Of a DNA stretch of 64,000 bases, positions 1 to 7,909 are shown in pieces. How positions within the stretch are numbered: position 1 is the stretch's first letter; each line of letters starts with the position of its first letter. The position numbers and the translations under genes were made by a program. Source of the DNA: Fidelibacterota bacterium (lineage in GTDB: Bacteria; Fidelibacterota; Marinisomatia; Marinisomatales; UBA1611); NCBI GenBank assembly GCA_018649625.1, contig JABIHN010000016.1:23734-87733 (forward strand), written 5' to 3'. The notes beneath the pieces were generated by a model. The model did not search any database, was not told the DNA's origin, and saw only the letters and a program-made list of their open reading frames with translations.

Positions 1-534
1 AGCCCGGTGCCCATCGTTACAATGATGAATTAATCGATTGAGTAAGTCCAATTCTTTTATGGCTAATTTTTCTCCAGAACGAGCCGCTTTTTCTGTTTTT
101 CGAATCCGTTTTTCTAATGTATCTAAATCAGCTAATAATAATTCAGTTTCAATAGTTTCAGCATCTCGAATTGGATCCACGCTTCCATCAACGTGAGTAA
201 CGTTTTCATCTTCAAAACATCGAACAACATGAATAATGGCAGCAGTCTGTCGAATTTGCCCTAAGAATTGGTTTCCCAAGCCTTCACCTTGACTTGCGCC
301 ACGAACTAATCCTGCAATATCTGTAAACTCTACAGTAGCAGGTAAAATCTTTTCTGGATTATAAATTGCACTTAATTCTTTTAATCGTTTGTCGGGTAAT
401 TCAACAATACCCATATGGGGTTCGATCGTGCAAAAAGGATAGTTTTCTGCCGGAACACTAGATTCTGTGAGAGCGTTAAATAAGGTAGATTTGCCAACGT
501 TGGGCAATCCTACAATTCCACATTGAAGAGCCAT
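1..534 (-). CDS. ychF: Redox-regulated ATPase YchF (Obg family), 3' end runs off the window
   Basis: Not in the ORF track. Manual translation from ATG at 534 gives MALQCGIVGLPNVGKSTLFNALT...NYPFCTIEP...DIAGLVRGASQGEGLGNQFL, the YchF signature. Confidence 0.95.
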   Translation of the reverse strand, partial: MALQCGIVGLPNVGKSTLFNALTESSVPAENYPFCTIEPHMGIVELPDKRLKELSAIYNPEKILPATVEFTDIAGLVRGASQGEGLGNQFLGQIRQTAAIIHVVRCFEDENVTHVDGSVDPIRDAETIETELLLADLDTLEKRIRKTEKAARSGEKLAIKELDLLNRLIHHCNDGHRA

Positions 535-632
535 AGTTTAGTTTATAATGTTAAAGTTGATGAATGAAAAGTAATTGGGAATGATACCGTATCAATAATT
601 AAATAATTTGATTTAATTGAAATAAATCTAAA

Positions 633-1184
633 TTAAAACGAATCAAGTGATGGATCATCGCCAAAATCGTAAGTAAGATTATCAAACAATCCAACTTGAA
701 GGTTTTTAGCGAAATAGATAACTCGATCTTTGCTTGTACTTAATTCTCCATCAGCCCAAACCATATATTTAGTTCCACGTTTCAGGAGTTTTTTTATATC
801 AATTTTATAGGTGATTTTATCATGGTAAGGACGGACTTGCCCTTTGAATTTTAGATCGCCGACACCCAAAGCACGCCCACGTCCGAGTCCTCCAGACCAT
901 GAAAGAAAAAAGCCAACTAATTGCCACATACCGTCAAGTCCAAGGCAACCCGGCATAACAGGGTCTCCTTTAAAATGACAATGAAAAAACCAAAGTTCAT
1001 CCGTTACATCTAACTCTGCAATTATTTGTCCATTTCCATATTTTCCGCCAGTATTATTTATATCAACAATACGGTCTATCATAAGCATCGGGGCTAAAGG
1101 TAGTTTGCCATTTTCCATTCCACCCAGATTGCCTTCGCCACTCTGAATTAAATCTTCTTTTGTATAACTGCTTTTAATAATCAT
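633..1184 (-). CDS. fabA: 3-hydroxyacyl-ACP dehydratase/isomerase FabA
   Basis: LPLAPMLMIDRI and WFFHCHFKGDPVMPGCLGLDGMWQLVGFFL; His/Asp catalytic dyad of FabA type (FabZ has His/Glu). Confidence 0.92.
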   Translation of the reverse strand: MIIKSSYTKEDLIQSGEGNLGGMENGKLPLAPMLMIDRIVDINNTGGKYGNGQIIAELDVTDELWFFHCHFKGDPVMPGCLGLDGMWQLVGFFLSWSGGLGRGRALGVGDLKFKGQVRPYHDKITYKIDIKKLLKRGTKYMVWADGELSTSKDRVIYFAKNLQVGLFDNLTYDFGDDPSLDSF

Positions 1185-1312
1185 TTTAAATTTTAATATC
1201 CTGTCATTTTTTGATGGTGAGAGTACAAAGAAATTATGTAATTATGAACTGACTTTTTATGCCTAAATTTCAAATTAATCGGGTAAATTATTATCTAATT
1301 ATGGGAGAAGAT

Positions 1313-2095
1313 ATGTCTAAATGGGTTTTAATATTAGGTGGTTCAACCGGTCATGGTGCTGCCACAGCAAAGCGATTAGCAAAAGATGGATATGGCATTA
1401 TTGCATTTCATTTTGATCGAGGTGAAGCAAAAAAGCTAGCTGCAGAAACGATTGAAGAAGTAAATAAAACTACGGGTGGCCGTTGCCATTACTTCAATAC
1501 AAATGCTGCATCAGAAGAAAACATGAATAAATACATACCCAAAATCAAAGAAATCACTGGTGGACAACCATTGAAGCTCTTGCTCCATTCCATTGCATTT
1601 GGTACAACAACAAATTTGTTTGGTGAAAAGCCCGTTACTCAACGACAGATGGATATGACGATTCATGTTATGGGGAATGCTCTTCTTTATTGGACTCAAA
1701 ATTTATATGCTGAGGATTTACTTGCAAATGGGTCTCGTGTTATGGGGCTTACAAGTGAAGGGAACTATGTTGCTATGGAAGGATATGGACCAGTAAGTGT
1801 TGCAAAAGTTGCCATGGAAGCTATAATCCGTCAAATTGGTTGGGAGTTAGGGCAATATGGTATTACGGCGAATTCAATCCAAGCAGGCGTTACACCAACT
1901 CGTGCATTGACAAAAATAACAGATGATTGGGAAAAATGGATTGATAATACCAAAAAACGAAACCCGATGCGTAGAACCACAACACCAGAAGATGTGGCTG
2001 GGACAATTTCAATGTTATTACAACCTGAAGCAGATTTCATTAATTGTTCCATTATTTATTGTGATGGAGGAGAATCTCGTTCTGGTTCTTTCTGA
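1313..2095 (+). CDS. SDR oxidoreductase, enoyl-ACP reductase FabL/FabI-like
   Basis: GGSTGHG nucleotide-binding motif, Yx6K catalytic motif (YGPVSVAK), TPEDVA. Start moved to ATG 1313, which follows GGAGAAG. Confidence 0.7.
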   Translation: MSKWVLILGGSTGHGAATAKRLAKDGYGIIAFHFDRGEAKKLAAETIEEVNKTTGGRCHYFNTNAASEENMNKYIPKIKEITGGQPLKLLLHSIAFGTTTNLFGEKPVTQRQMDMTIHVMGNALLYWTQNLYAEDLLANGSRVMGLTSEGNYVAMEGYGPVSVAKVAMEAIIRQIGWELGQYGITANSIQAGVTPTRALTKITDDWEKWIDNTKKRNPMRRTTTPEDVAGTISMLLQPEADFINCSIIYCDGGESRSGSF

Positions 2096-2148
2096 TAGGT
2101 CTTAATTTTTTTTAAACCAGTGTTTCTTAAGTGGTTAATTGAACATCA

Positions 2149-2640
2149 ATGGATTTAATTCAGTTCTTCCAGCAATTTGACTTTCCCATTATCATCTTTC
2201 TTATGAAAGGGGTTACCTTACTGGGTAATGCGTATATATATCCAATTTATCCTATATTTGCTTATTTCGTGCTTAATAAAAGAGATTTTTTATCTTACTT
2301 AGGGATAATAATATTATCGGGAATTATAAATGAAATACTTAAAAATGGTTTTGTTTTACCGCGTCCCCCTGCAGATTTGCATCTGATATCCGTATCAGGA
2401 TTTGGGTTTCCAAGTGGACATGCTCAAATGTCAGTTGTGGTATGGGGATGGCTCGGGTACCACTATAATAGAATCGTACCAGCATTTGTGATGATTTTTA
2501 TAATTGGGTTTTCGAGACTATATCTAGGTGTTCACTTTTCACATCAAATTATTGGTGGCTGGACCATCGGTTTTGTGATATTAATGGGGTGGATTTTTAC
2601 GGAGAGGGTACTAAAAAAAAGTGATTACTTTAGGAAGTAA
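2149..2640 (+). CDS. PAP2-family membrane phosphatase
   Basis: KxxxxxxRP, FPSGHA and SRLYLGVH motifs; several TM segments. Confidence 0.9.
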   Translation: MDLIQFFQQFDFPIIIFLMKGVTLLGNAYIYPIYPIFAYFVLNKRDFLSYLGIIILSGIINEILKNGFVLPRPPADLHLISVSGFGFPSGHAQMSVVVWGWLGYHYNRIVPAFVMIFIIGFSRLYLGVHFSHQIIGGWTIGFVILMGWIFTERVLKKSDYFRK

Positions 2641-3010
2641 CACCTTGAATAATTTTTGATTTGATGAGTCCAACCAAATCATGTGCGTCTTTATTGGGTA
2701 AAATATCAAAACTAAGCTTTGCCTCATTTAATGCATACTCCCACCATCCTTTTTTTGTATAAGCGATGGCTAATTTAAAATGAGATTTCCCCAATACATC
2801 GTATTCTTCACGAGTGAGTGTGCTTTTATCCCCGGAATAAAGACGCGAAACTTCACGGTATTCCATGATGGCTTCATCGAGAAGTCCCTTCTGAAGATAC
2901 CAGTTTCCAAGGTTTAAGTGGCGAGATGGGTCTTCTTGACAGGCACTTATCATTAAGACAAGAATGACTGACAAAATTAACCGTGTATGATGAGATATAA
3001 TGTTTATCAT
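2630..3010 (-). CDS. TPR-repeat lipoprotein
   Basis: Lipobox-like ISAC; TPR patterns HLNLGNWYLQKGLLDEAI and HFKLAIAYTKKG. Start uncertain (3010 vs 3064). Confidence 0.7.
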   Translation of the reverse strand: MINIISHHTRLILSVILVLMISACQEDPSRHLNLGNWYLQKGLLDEAIMEYREVSRLYSGDKSTLTREEYDVLGKSHFKLAIAYTKKGWWEYALNEAKLSFDILPNKDAHDLVGLIKSKIIQGVTS

Positions 3011-3047
3011 AATAGAAGGTGAATTTTTAGTCTTCCTAAGCAAAAAA

Positions 3048-4325
3048 TCAAGAAGAAAATCCATCTAGATGAAATTGGGGTTCTGATGTAGAATTTGGGT
3101 CTCGTACAAGAAATTGTAAAACGAGTATACTGATGAAAAGGCTTGTGGCGATTATATAAAGTGATGTTGTAAAGTCACCTATTCGAATAAGCGAACCGAC
3201 TCCAATAATAAATATTAAAACAAATGGTGCTAGAAAAGAATCTATCAATGCCATATAAGTTTTAGTGTCGCGGTCTTCGGCGAAATTATATACAAGATTC
3301 ATTGCAGATGGCATAAAAGCACCCTGCCCTACACCGATCGCCAAAAATACACCGTAAACCCAAATCATATTTTGAGAGAAAATGGCAAGAATTACAGCTA
3401 TAAAATGACCAATATATGCAAATAACATACTCATTTTATGCCCATATTTATCTCCGAGTTTTCCTGAAAGATAACTTGACGCTCCAGCAGCCAACACATT
3501 TAGGATGGTAAAAAGTCCCGCTTCGCTTAAATCAAAATGAAACTTATTCTGACAATAGACAGCATATAATCCCATGCCAGGCAAATTTGCTGCGAAAAAA
3601 ATTCTAGATAAAATATATTTTTGGAAATTTTTATGTCCAATAATAATGGACTTTGTTTCTTTAATAAAACTTTTTATAGTTTTATGAGTCTGTACGGTTT
3701 TTTTTGGTTTTATTTTAAAAGGAATGAATAAGATTGTGCCAATCAATAAACTAATAAAAAGAATTATGAAACCAATGCCAAAATTTCTTGGGAAAGGTAA
3801 ATCAAGAGTCAATAAATATTGTAAAGCAAAACCACCAACAAAACTTCCAACCCCATTAAATGCAAATCCTAAGCCGAAAAATTTTCCACGTTCAGACTTT
3901 AATGTAGATTGATTAAGAAACTCCGCCCAAATCGGAACAATGATCCCTATGGAAAATGCATACAGCACAAAATAAAATAAATATAATTTCCAAGCAGATT
4001 GAACATAAATAGGATCTAGGACAGTAAAGGTAAAACCCATTAGAAAGGAAACGATTAATATAATGCCATGAAAAAGAATAACTGCTCGTTTTATATTTTG
4101 AATATTTCTACCAAGAGCAGCAATAAATAATGAAGGCAATGCAATTAAAATTGAAAAAAGCCCTGCCGTAGAAACTGCAATACTTTCAGGTGCACCTAAT
4201 TCTCTTAGGAAAAGGGGTACTATTGCATAAAGCGTATGAAAAGCAATTCCAAATCCCCATGCGAATTCATGGATTAGATTATATTTTAAATTATGCTTGT
4301 GATCTAGGAGAGTAAACTCACTCAT
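3048..4325 (-). CDS. MFS transporter
   Basis: About 12 hydrophobic segments; motif A-like GKLGDKYGHK. Confidence 0.85.
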   Translation of the reverse strand: MSEFTLLDHKHNLKYNLIHEFAWGFGIAFHTLYAIVPLFLRELGAPESIAVSTAGLFSILIALPSLFIAALGRNIQNIKRAVILFHGIILIVSFLMGFTFTVLDPIYVQSAWKLYLFYFVLYAFSIGIIVPIWAEFLNQSTLKSERGKFFGLGFAFNGVGSFVGGFALQYLLTLDLPFPRNFGIGFIILFISLLIGTILFIPFKIKPKKTVQTHKTIKSFIKETKSIIIGHKNFQKYILSRIFFAANLPGMGLYAVYCQNKFHFDLSEAGLFTILNVLAAGASSYLSGKLGDKYGHKMSMLFAYIGHFIAVILAIFSQNMIWVYGVFLAIGVGQGAFMPSAMNLVYNFAEDRDTKTYMALIDSFLAPFVLIFIIGVGSLIRIGDFTTSLYIIATSLFISILVLQFLVRDPNSTSEPQFHLDGFSS

Positions 4326-5217
4326 GGGTATTTTCTCGAGTAAGTAATATCATAGAGCCTAGAAGTAATACTGCACCAATAAATTGTGTAAAGCTCAACA
4401 TGCGGCCACGTACGTACCAGTCTAAAAAAACAGCAGATAGTGGCCAAGTTAATTCATAAACAGATGCGTGAGATGCGGGAAGATGCTTTAGACCGTAATA
4501 ATAAATAAAAAGAGCTCCGGCTCCAGTAGACATGACAATAATTACCAAAATCCGCCATTGGCGAGATGTAAGTTCAATGGCTCCAATATCATTTGATGTA
4601 ACCGAATAAATAATAAGAGCCCCAATTGCCGTTAATGAAAGCCTCAGTGCGGTCACCGTTGTGAGCGGTAAGAGATTGAGTGCGTGTTTTCCAAGAACTG
4701 TCGAACTTCCCCAACTAAAGGCTGCCAGTGTTGCTAATAATGCAGCAATTAGTGTTTTATCATTCCAATTTGCTATGGATGTATTACCAAAAGTAACAAG
4801 GTAACCACCCAACATGGCCACCAAAGCTAACCCAATAAATCGTTGAGACAGTTTTTCTTTTAAAATAATTGATGCCAAAGAAATGGCGAAAATCGGTTGA
4901 AGCTTTTGTAATAGAACCACAACTGACAAATCAATATAATCTAAATAACTTAGCGCTTTTGTATAAAAAAACGTACCTAATATTCCACCAAAAATGGATA
5001 TCCAAAAAATGGATATCCAACCTCGTTGCCCTAGGTTTTTAATCTTAGGTAAAGCCTTGATAAGTAAAGGAAGAAATAGAATTGCGCCTAAGCTATGTTC
5101 TAGAGTAACAATTAAAAAGGCTGAAATTGTATAGAGCTCTTGTCTTAGAAATCCATCTAGACTCCATAAAAGGGCGGCGAATACAATTGCAAGCGGTGGA
5201 CCTATTTTTTGCATCAT
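4318..5217 (-). CDS. DMT/EamA-family transporter
   Basis: About 10 TM helices in two repeats; LQPIFAISLASIILKEK EamA motif. Confidence 0.88.
   Translation of the reverse strand: MMQKIGPPLAIVFAALLWSLDGFLRQELYTISAFLIVTLEHSLGAILFLPLLIKALPKIKNLGQRGWISIFWISIFGGILGTFFYTKALSYLDYIDLSVVVLLQKLQPIFAISLASIILKEKLSQRFIGLALVAMLGGYLVTFGNTSIANWNDKTLIAALLATLAAFSWGSSTVLGKHALNLLPLTTVTALRLSLTAIGALIIYSVTSNDIGAIELTSRQWRILVIIVMSTGAGALFIYYYGLKHLPASHASVYELTWPLSAVFLDWYVRGRMLSFTQFIGAVLLLGSMILLTRENTHE
4990..5019. repeat. Perfect 15-bp tandem duplication (AAAAATGGATATCCA)x2 encoding WISIF-WISIF
   Basis: Read directly from the sequence; in frame within the EamA gene. Confidence 0.85.
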
Positions 5218-5377
5218 AAAAATTAAGGGAATAATTGAATTTTATTATGACTTAAATAGAAAAAATCTCTATAGTTTTCCAACAAAATTCAGGAGAGAGC
5301 CTTAGGCTTTTTAATGTGCGAGTAAGGTTTTTTTAAAGGATTTTTATAATGGTTTCTAGGCCTAAATATCTATATTT

Positions 5378-5422
5378 AAAAGAAAAAAAGCCCCGTTATG
5401 ATGTTATATAAACGGAGCTTTT
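5378..5422 (-). terminator. Intrinsic terminator of the PDZ gene
   Basis: Minus strand AAGCTCCGTT-loop-AACGGGGCTT followed by TTTTTCTTTT, about 20 nt after the stop codon. Confidence 0.75.
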
Positions 5423-5444
5423 CATTGGTTGTGGAGTAATATTA

Positions 5445-6362
5445 TCAGGAATCTTTTTTCAGATTTTTCATGTCTGCTTGAAGCTTCTTCATCTCATTTT
5501 TTAATATGTTTAGTTGGATTTTGAACTCGTCAATTTTTTCATTTTCATCGTGAGACTGTAAACGTTTCATCATGTGATGAGCTTTCTTAATGGGTTGATC
5601 GTCATGATCCACATTGAAGAATACATCCACATCTTCTTCATTTCGTTCCGGGTTGTTACCAAAAAACATCATCTTTTTTCCGGAGTTGAAACCCATATCG
5701 AACGATTGTGGGGCTTCTCCCAAGGTGACTTTCATTTTTCGTTTTCGATTCTTACGAATCACTTTTAACTCTATTTTTGAATTGGGTTCATGTCCTCGAA
5801 TTTCTTCCACCAAGTCACTTGCGTCATCTATAAGCTCTTCGGCAACGCTTAAAATAACATCACCTGCTTTCATGCCGGCTTTATCAGCAGGGCTATTTTC
5901 AATAACTTCTGTTACCAAAACACCTCCATTTTTTGCACCGAAATAATCTGCCAATTGTCCATCTAATCCTTGAATTTGAACTCCAAGATATCCATCTCGG
6001 TTTTCTTGGTCATCACACTGCATACTTTTCATAAAAACATGGTCTTCAACATTCATATCGGTTTTTCCCATGAATTGTGCAATATTGATATCAAGACCCA
6101 TTTCTTCAATTTCTTTTACGAGAGATTCCATAGCTTCTTGATTGTTTAAAGGAATTTCAAATTCTTTTTCATCTCCGTTGACTGTAATAAGTAGATTCAT
6201 TGTGTTGTCGTCTATATTGACTTCTACATTCACATTTTTATCTTCTTTTTCATCGTTAGATGCAGTTACGACCATTTTTTTCTTTATGATTGTTTTATCT
6301 TTTTTAGCGTCTGCCCATCCAATAGATAAAACCAGAAGGGTTGATAAAATCATTTTAAACAT
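5445..6362 (-). CDS. Secreted PDZ-domain protein without a protease domain
   Basis: Signal peptide; GYLGVQIQ...GVLVTEVIENSPADKAGMKAGDVI PDZ motif; C-terminal coiled coil. Confidence 0.8.
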   Translation of the reverse strand: MFKMILSTLLVLSIGWADAKKDKTIIKKKMVVTASNDEKEDKNVNVEVNIDDNTMNLLITVNGDEKEFEIPLNNQEAMESLVKEIEEMGLDINIAQFMGKTDMNVEDHVFMKSMQCDDQENRDGYLGVQIQGLDGQLADYFGAKNGGVLVTEVIENSPADKAGMKAGDVILSVAEELIDDASDLVEEIRGHEPNSKIELKVIRKNRKRKMKVTLGEAPQSFDMGFNSGKKMMFFGNNPERNEEDVDVFFNVDHDDQPIKKAHHMMKRLQSHDENEKIDEFKIQLNILKNEMKKLQADMKNLKKDS

Positions 6363-6432
6363 AGTATTTCCTTTTATTTACTTAAATGGGTTAACATCAA
6401 AATCAAAGATTGGTTCCCATTGAAATGTAATA

Positions 6433-7128
6433 TTATATCATTCCTTCCCGTTTCAATGCTTTCAAAGCTTCCGTTTTGCTTAAAGTGCTTAAAGATGATT
6501 CATTATCTCGTATAAAATGAATCACTTTTTTTGCATTAATATAAGAATATTGGCGTAATGCCCAGCCAATAGCTTTTCGTATAAAAAAATCCTTTTCATG
6601 CATTCGTTTTTCACAAAAGTAAAAAAGTCGATCAGAATCTGTATTGTTTTTAAAATTCAATTGATGTAAAAGTGCAGTGCGACGTATCCACATATTCTCA
6701 TGGTCGATCCATTCATCCATTACTTTACCGGACTCCGGATTATTAAAAACAACATTTCCAGAAAAATGGCTGGCAATAGCATCTACTGTGTCCCACCAAG
6801 ATTTTGTTTCAATTAATTTTTGGATAAATGGGATTGAATTGGGCGTGAAATAATTTTTATATCGTTTGCCTAGATCAAGCCCAACATATTGAAATTCTCT
6901 TTTATCCTGCGACCATAAAACAGAGAGAAGGGATTGAAGCTCACTTTCAGATTGAATATTTTGACCCTGCCACCACTCTCGTTGGAGCTTTCTTCGTAAG
7001 GTGCTTTTGATACCCAAAAATGAAAAATGTCCTTTCATATATTGAACCATACGAATGGCATTTTCGGGTTGGGAATTTGATTGAAATAAATATCTGAGCT
7101 TTTCTACTTGAAATGCAGTGTCTTCCAT
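6433..7128 (-). CDS. AlkD-like HEAT-repeat DNA alkylation repair glycosylase
   Basis: YMKGHFSFLGIK, WWDTVD, WIRRTA and FFIRKAIGWALRQY motifs. Start probably ATG 7128. Confidence 0.88.
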   Translation of the reverse strand: MEDTAFQVEKLRYLFQSNSQPENAIRMVQYMKGHFSFLGIKSTLRRKLQREWWQGQNIQSESELQSLLSVLWSQDKREFQYVGLDLGKRYKNYFTPNSIPFIQKLIETKSWWDTVDAIASHFSGNVVFNNPESGKVMDEWIDHENMWIRRTALLHQLNFKNNTDSDRLFYFCEKRMHEKDFFIRKAIGWALRQYSYINAKKVIHFIRDNESSLSTLSKTEALKALKREGMI

Positions 7129-7132
7129 AAAA

Positions 7133-7687
7133 TTAGGCTCGTCCACCAATTCCCATGGCTGAGCCTATATCCATCCCGAGTGAGCCAATTGCTTGCTTCC
7201 ACATTTGTTCAGCATTTACATTAAAAATAAAATCAGAATTAATTGTTTGCATTAACCAGTCTCCATTCTCTATCTCGCGTTCGAGCTGACCTTGTCCCCA
7301 GCCTGAATGACCCAGCATTAATTTGAATCGGATGTCTGGTTTTGTTTGAAGTTCTTTTAATACATGTTGCTGACTTGTCATTGAAATCTTATCTGAAATA
7401 GGAATAGTGCCTTCAGATGAGTAGGATGAATCATGTAAAATGATACCACGCTCTAAAAGAACTGGTCCGCCAAAAAAAATATCATTCACTAAAGAATTGA
7501 TAGTATTATCGCCAATATATAGCTGTTCAAATAGTTCTTTTAAATCAGGCTCTTTGAATTGTTTGTTAATTATCATTCCCATTGCGCCATCTTTATTATG
7601 TTCGCAAATAAAAACCACAGCCTTTGAAAAATAAGGGTCAGTCATGTGGGGCATGGAGATAAGGATTTTGTTTGTTAAAGAACCCAT
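7133..7687 (-). CDS. YqgE/AlgH (UPF0301) family protein
   Basis: DPYFSKAVVFICEH, GGPV and GHSGWGQGQLEREIENGDW. Confidence 0.92.
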   Translation of the reverse strand: MGSLTNKILISMPHMTDPYFSKAVVFICEHNKDGAMGMIINKQFKEPDLKELFEQLYIGDNTINSLVNDIFFGGPVLLERGIILHDSSYSSEGTIPISDKISMTSQQHVLKELQTKPDIRFKLMLGHSGWGQGQLEREIENGDWLMQTINSDFIFNVNAEQMWKQAIGSLGMDIGSAMGIGGRA

Positions 7688-7692
7688 GGCTC

Positions 7693-7721
7693 AAAGTACT
7701 TATTTTGGAATTCGGTGTCAA
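7693..7721 (-). promoter_or_regulatory. Sigma70-type promoter of the yqgE-like gene, probably leaderless
   Basis: Minus strand TTGACA-17 nt-TACTTT-5 nt-ATG with no Shine-Dalgarno sequence. Confidence 0.7.
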
Positions 7722-7909
7722 TAAAAAGTATAAGAATCCTTTGCGGATATTTACAAAGGATTATAGAAATATAATTGGCGAATAACTCCATATTTAATCT
7801 TCATCAAAAAATTATAGAAATAAAGTAAATCGTCTTTGGGGCTAAGTCCCAATAATCTGTAAATTTAAGGATGTTCAAAATCATCACTCATTTCACTAAA
7901 TAAAATAAA

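Noticed and set aside
4990-5019. 15-bp duplication in the EamA gene as a phase-variation site or insertion scar
   Set aside because: Only two in-frame units with no flanking element; listed as a repeat feature only.
5218-5377. Possible riboswitch ahead of the EamA/MFS transporter genes
   Set aside because: Only a short palindrome (AGCCTTAGGCT) in AT-rich sequence and no recognisable aptamer core; an Rfam scan would be needed.
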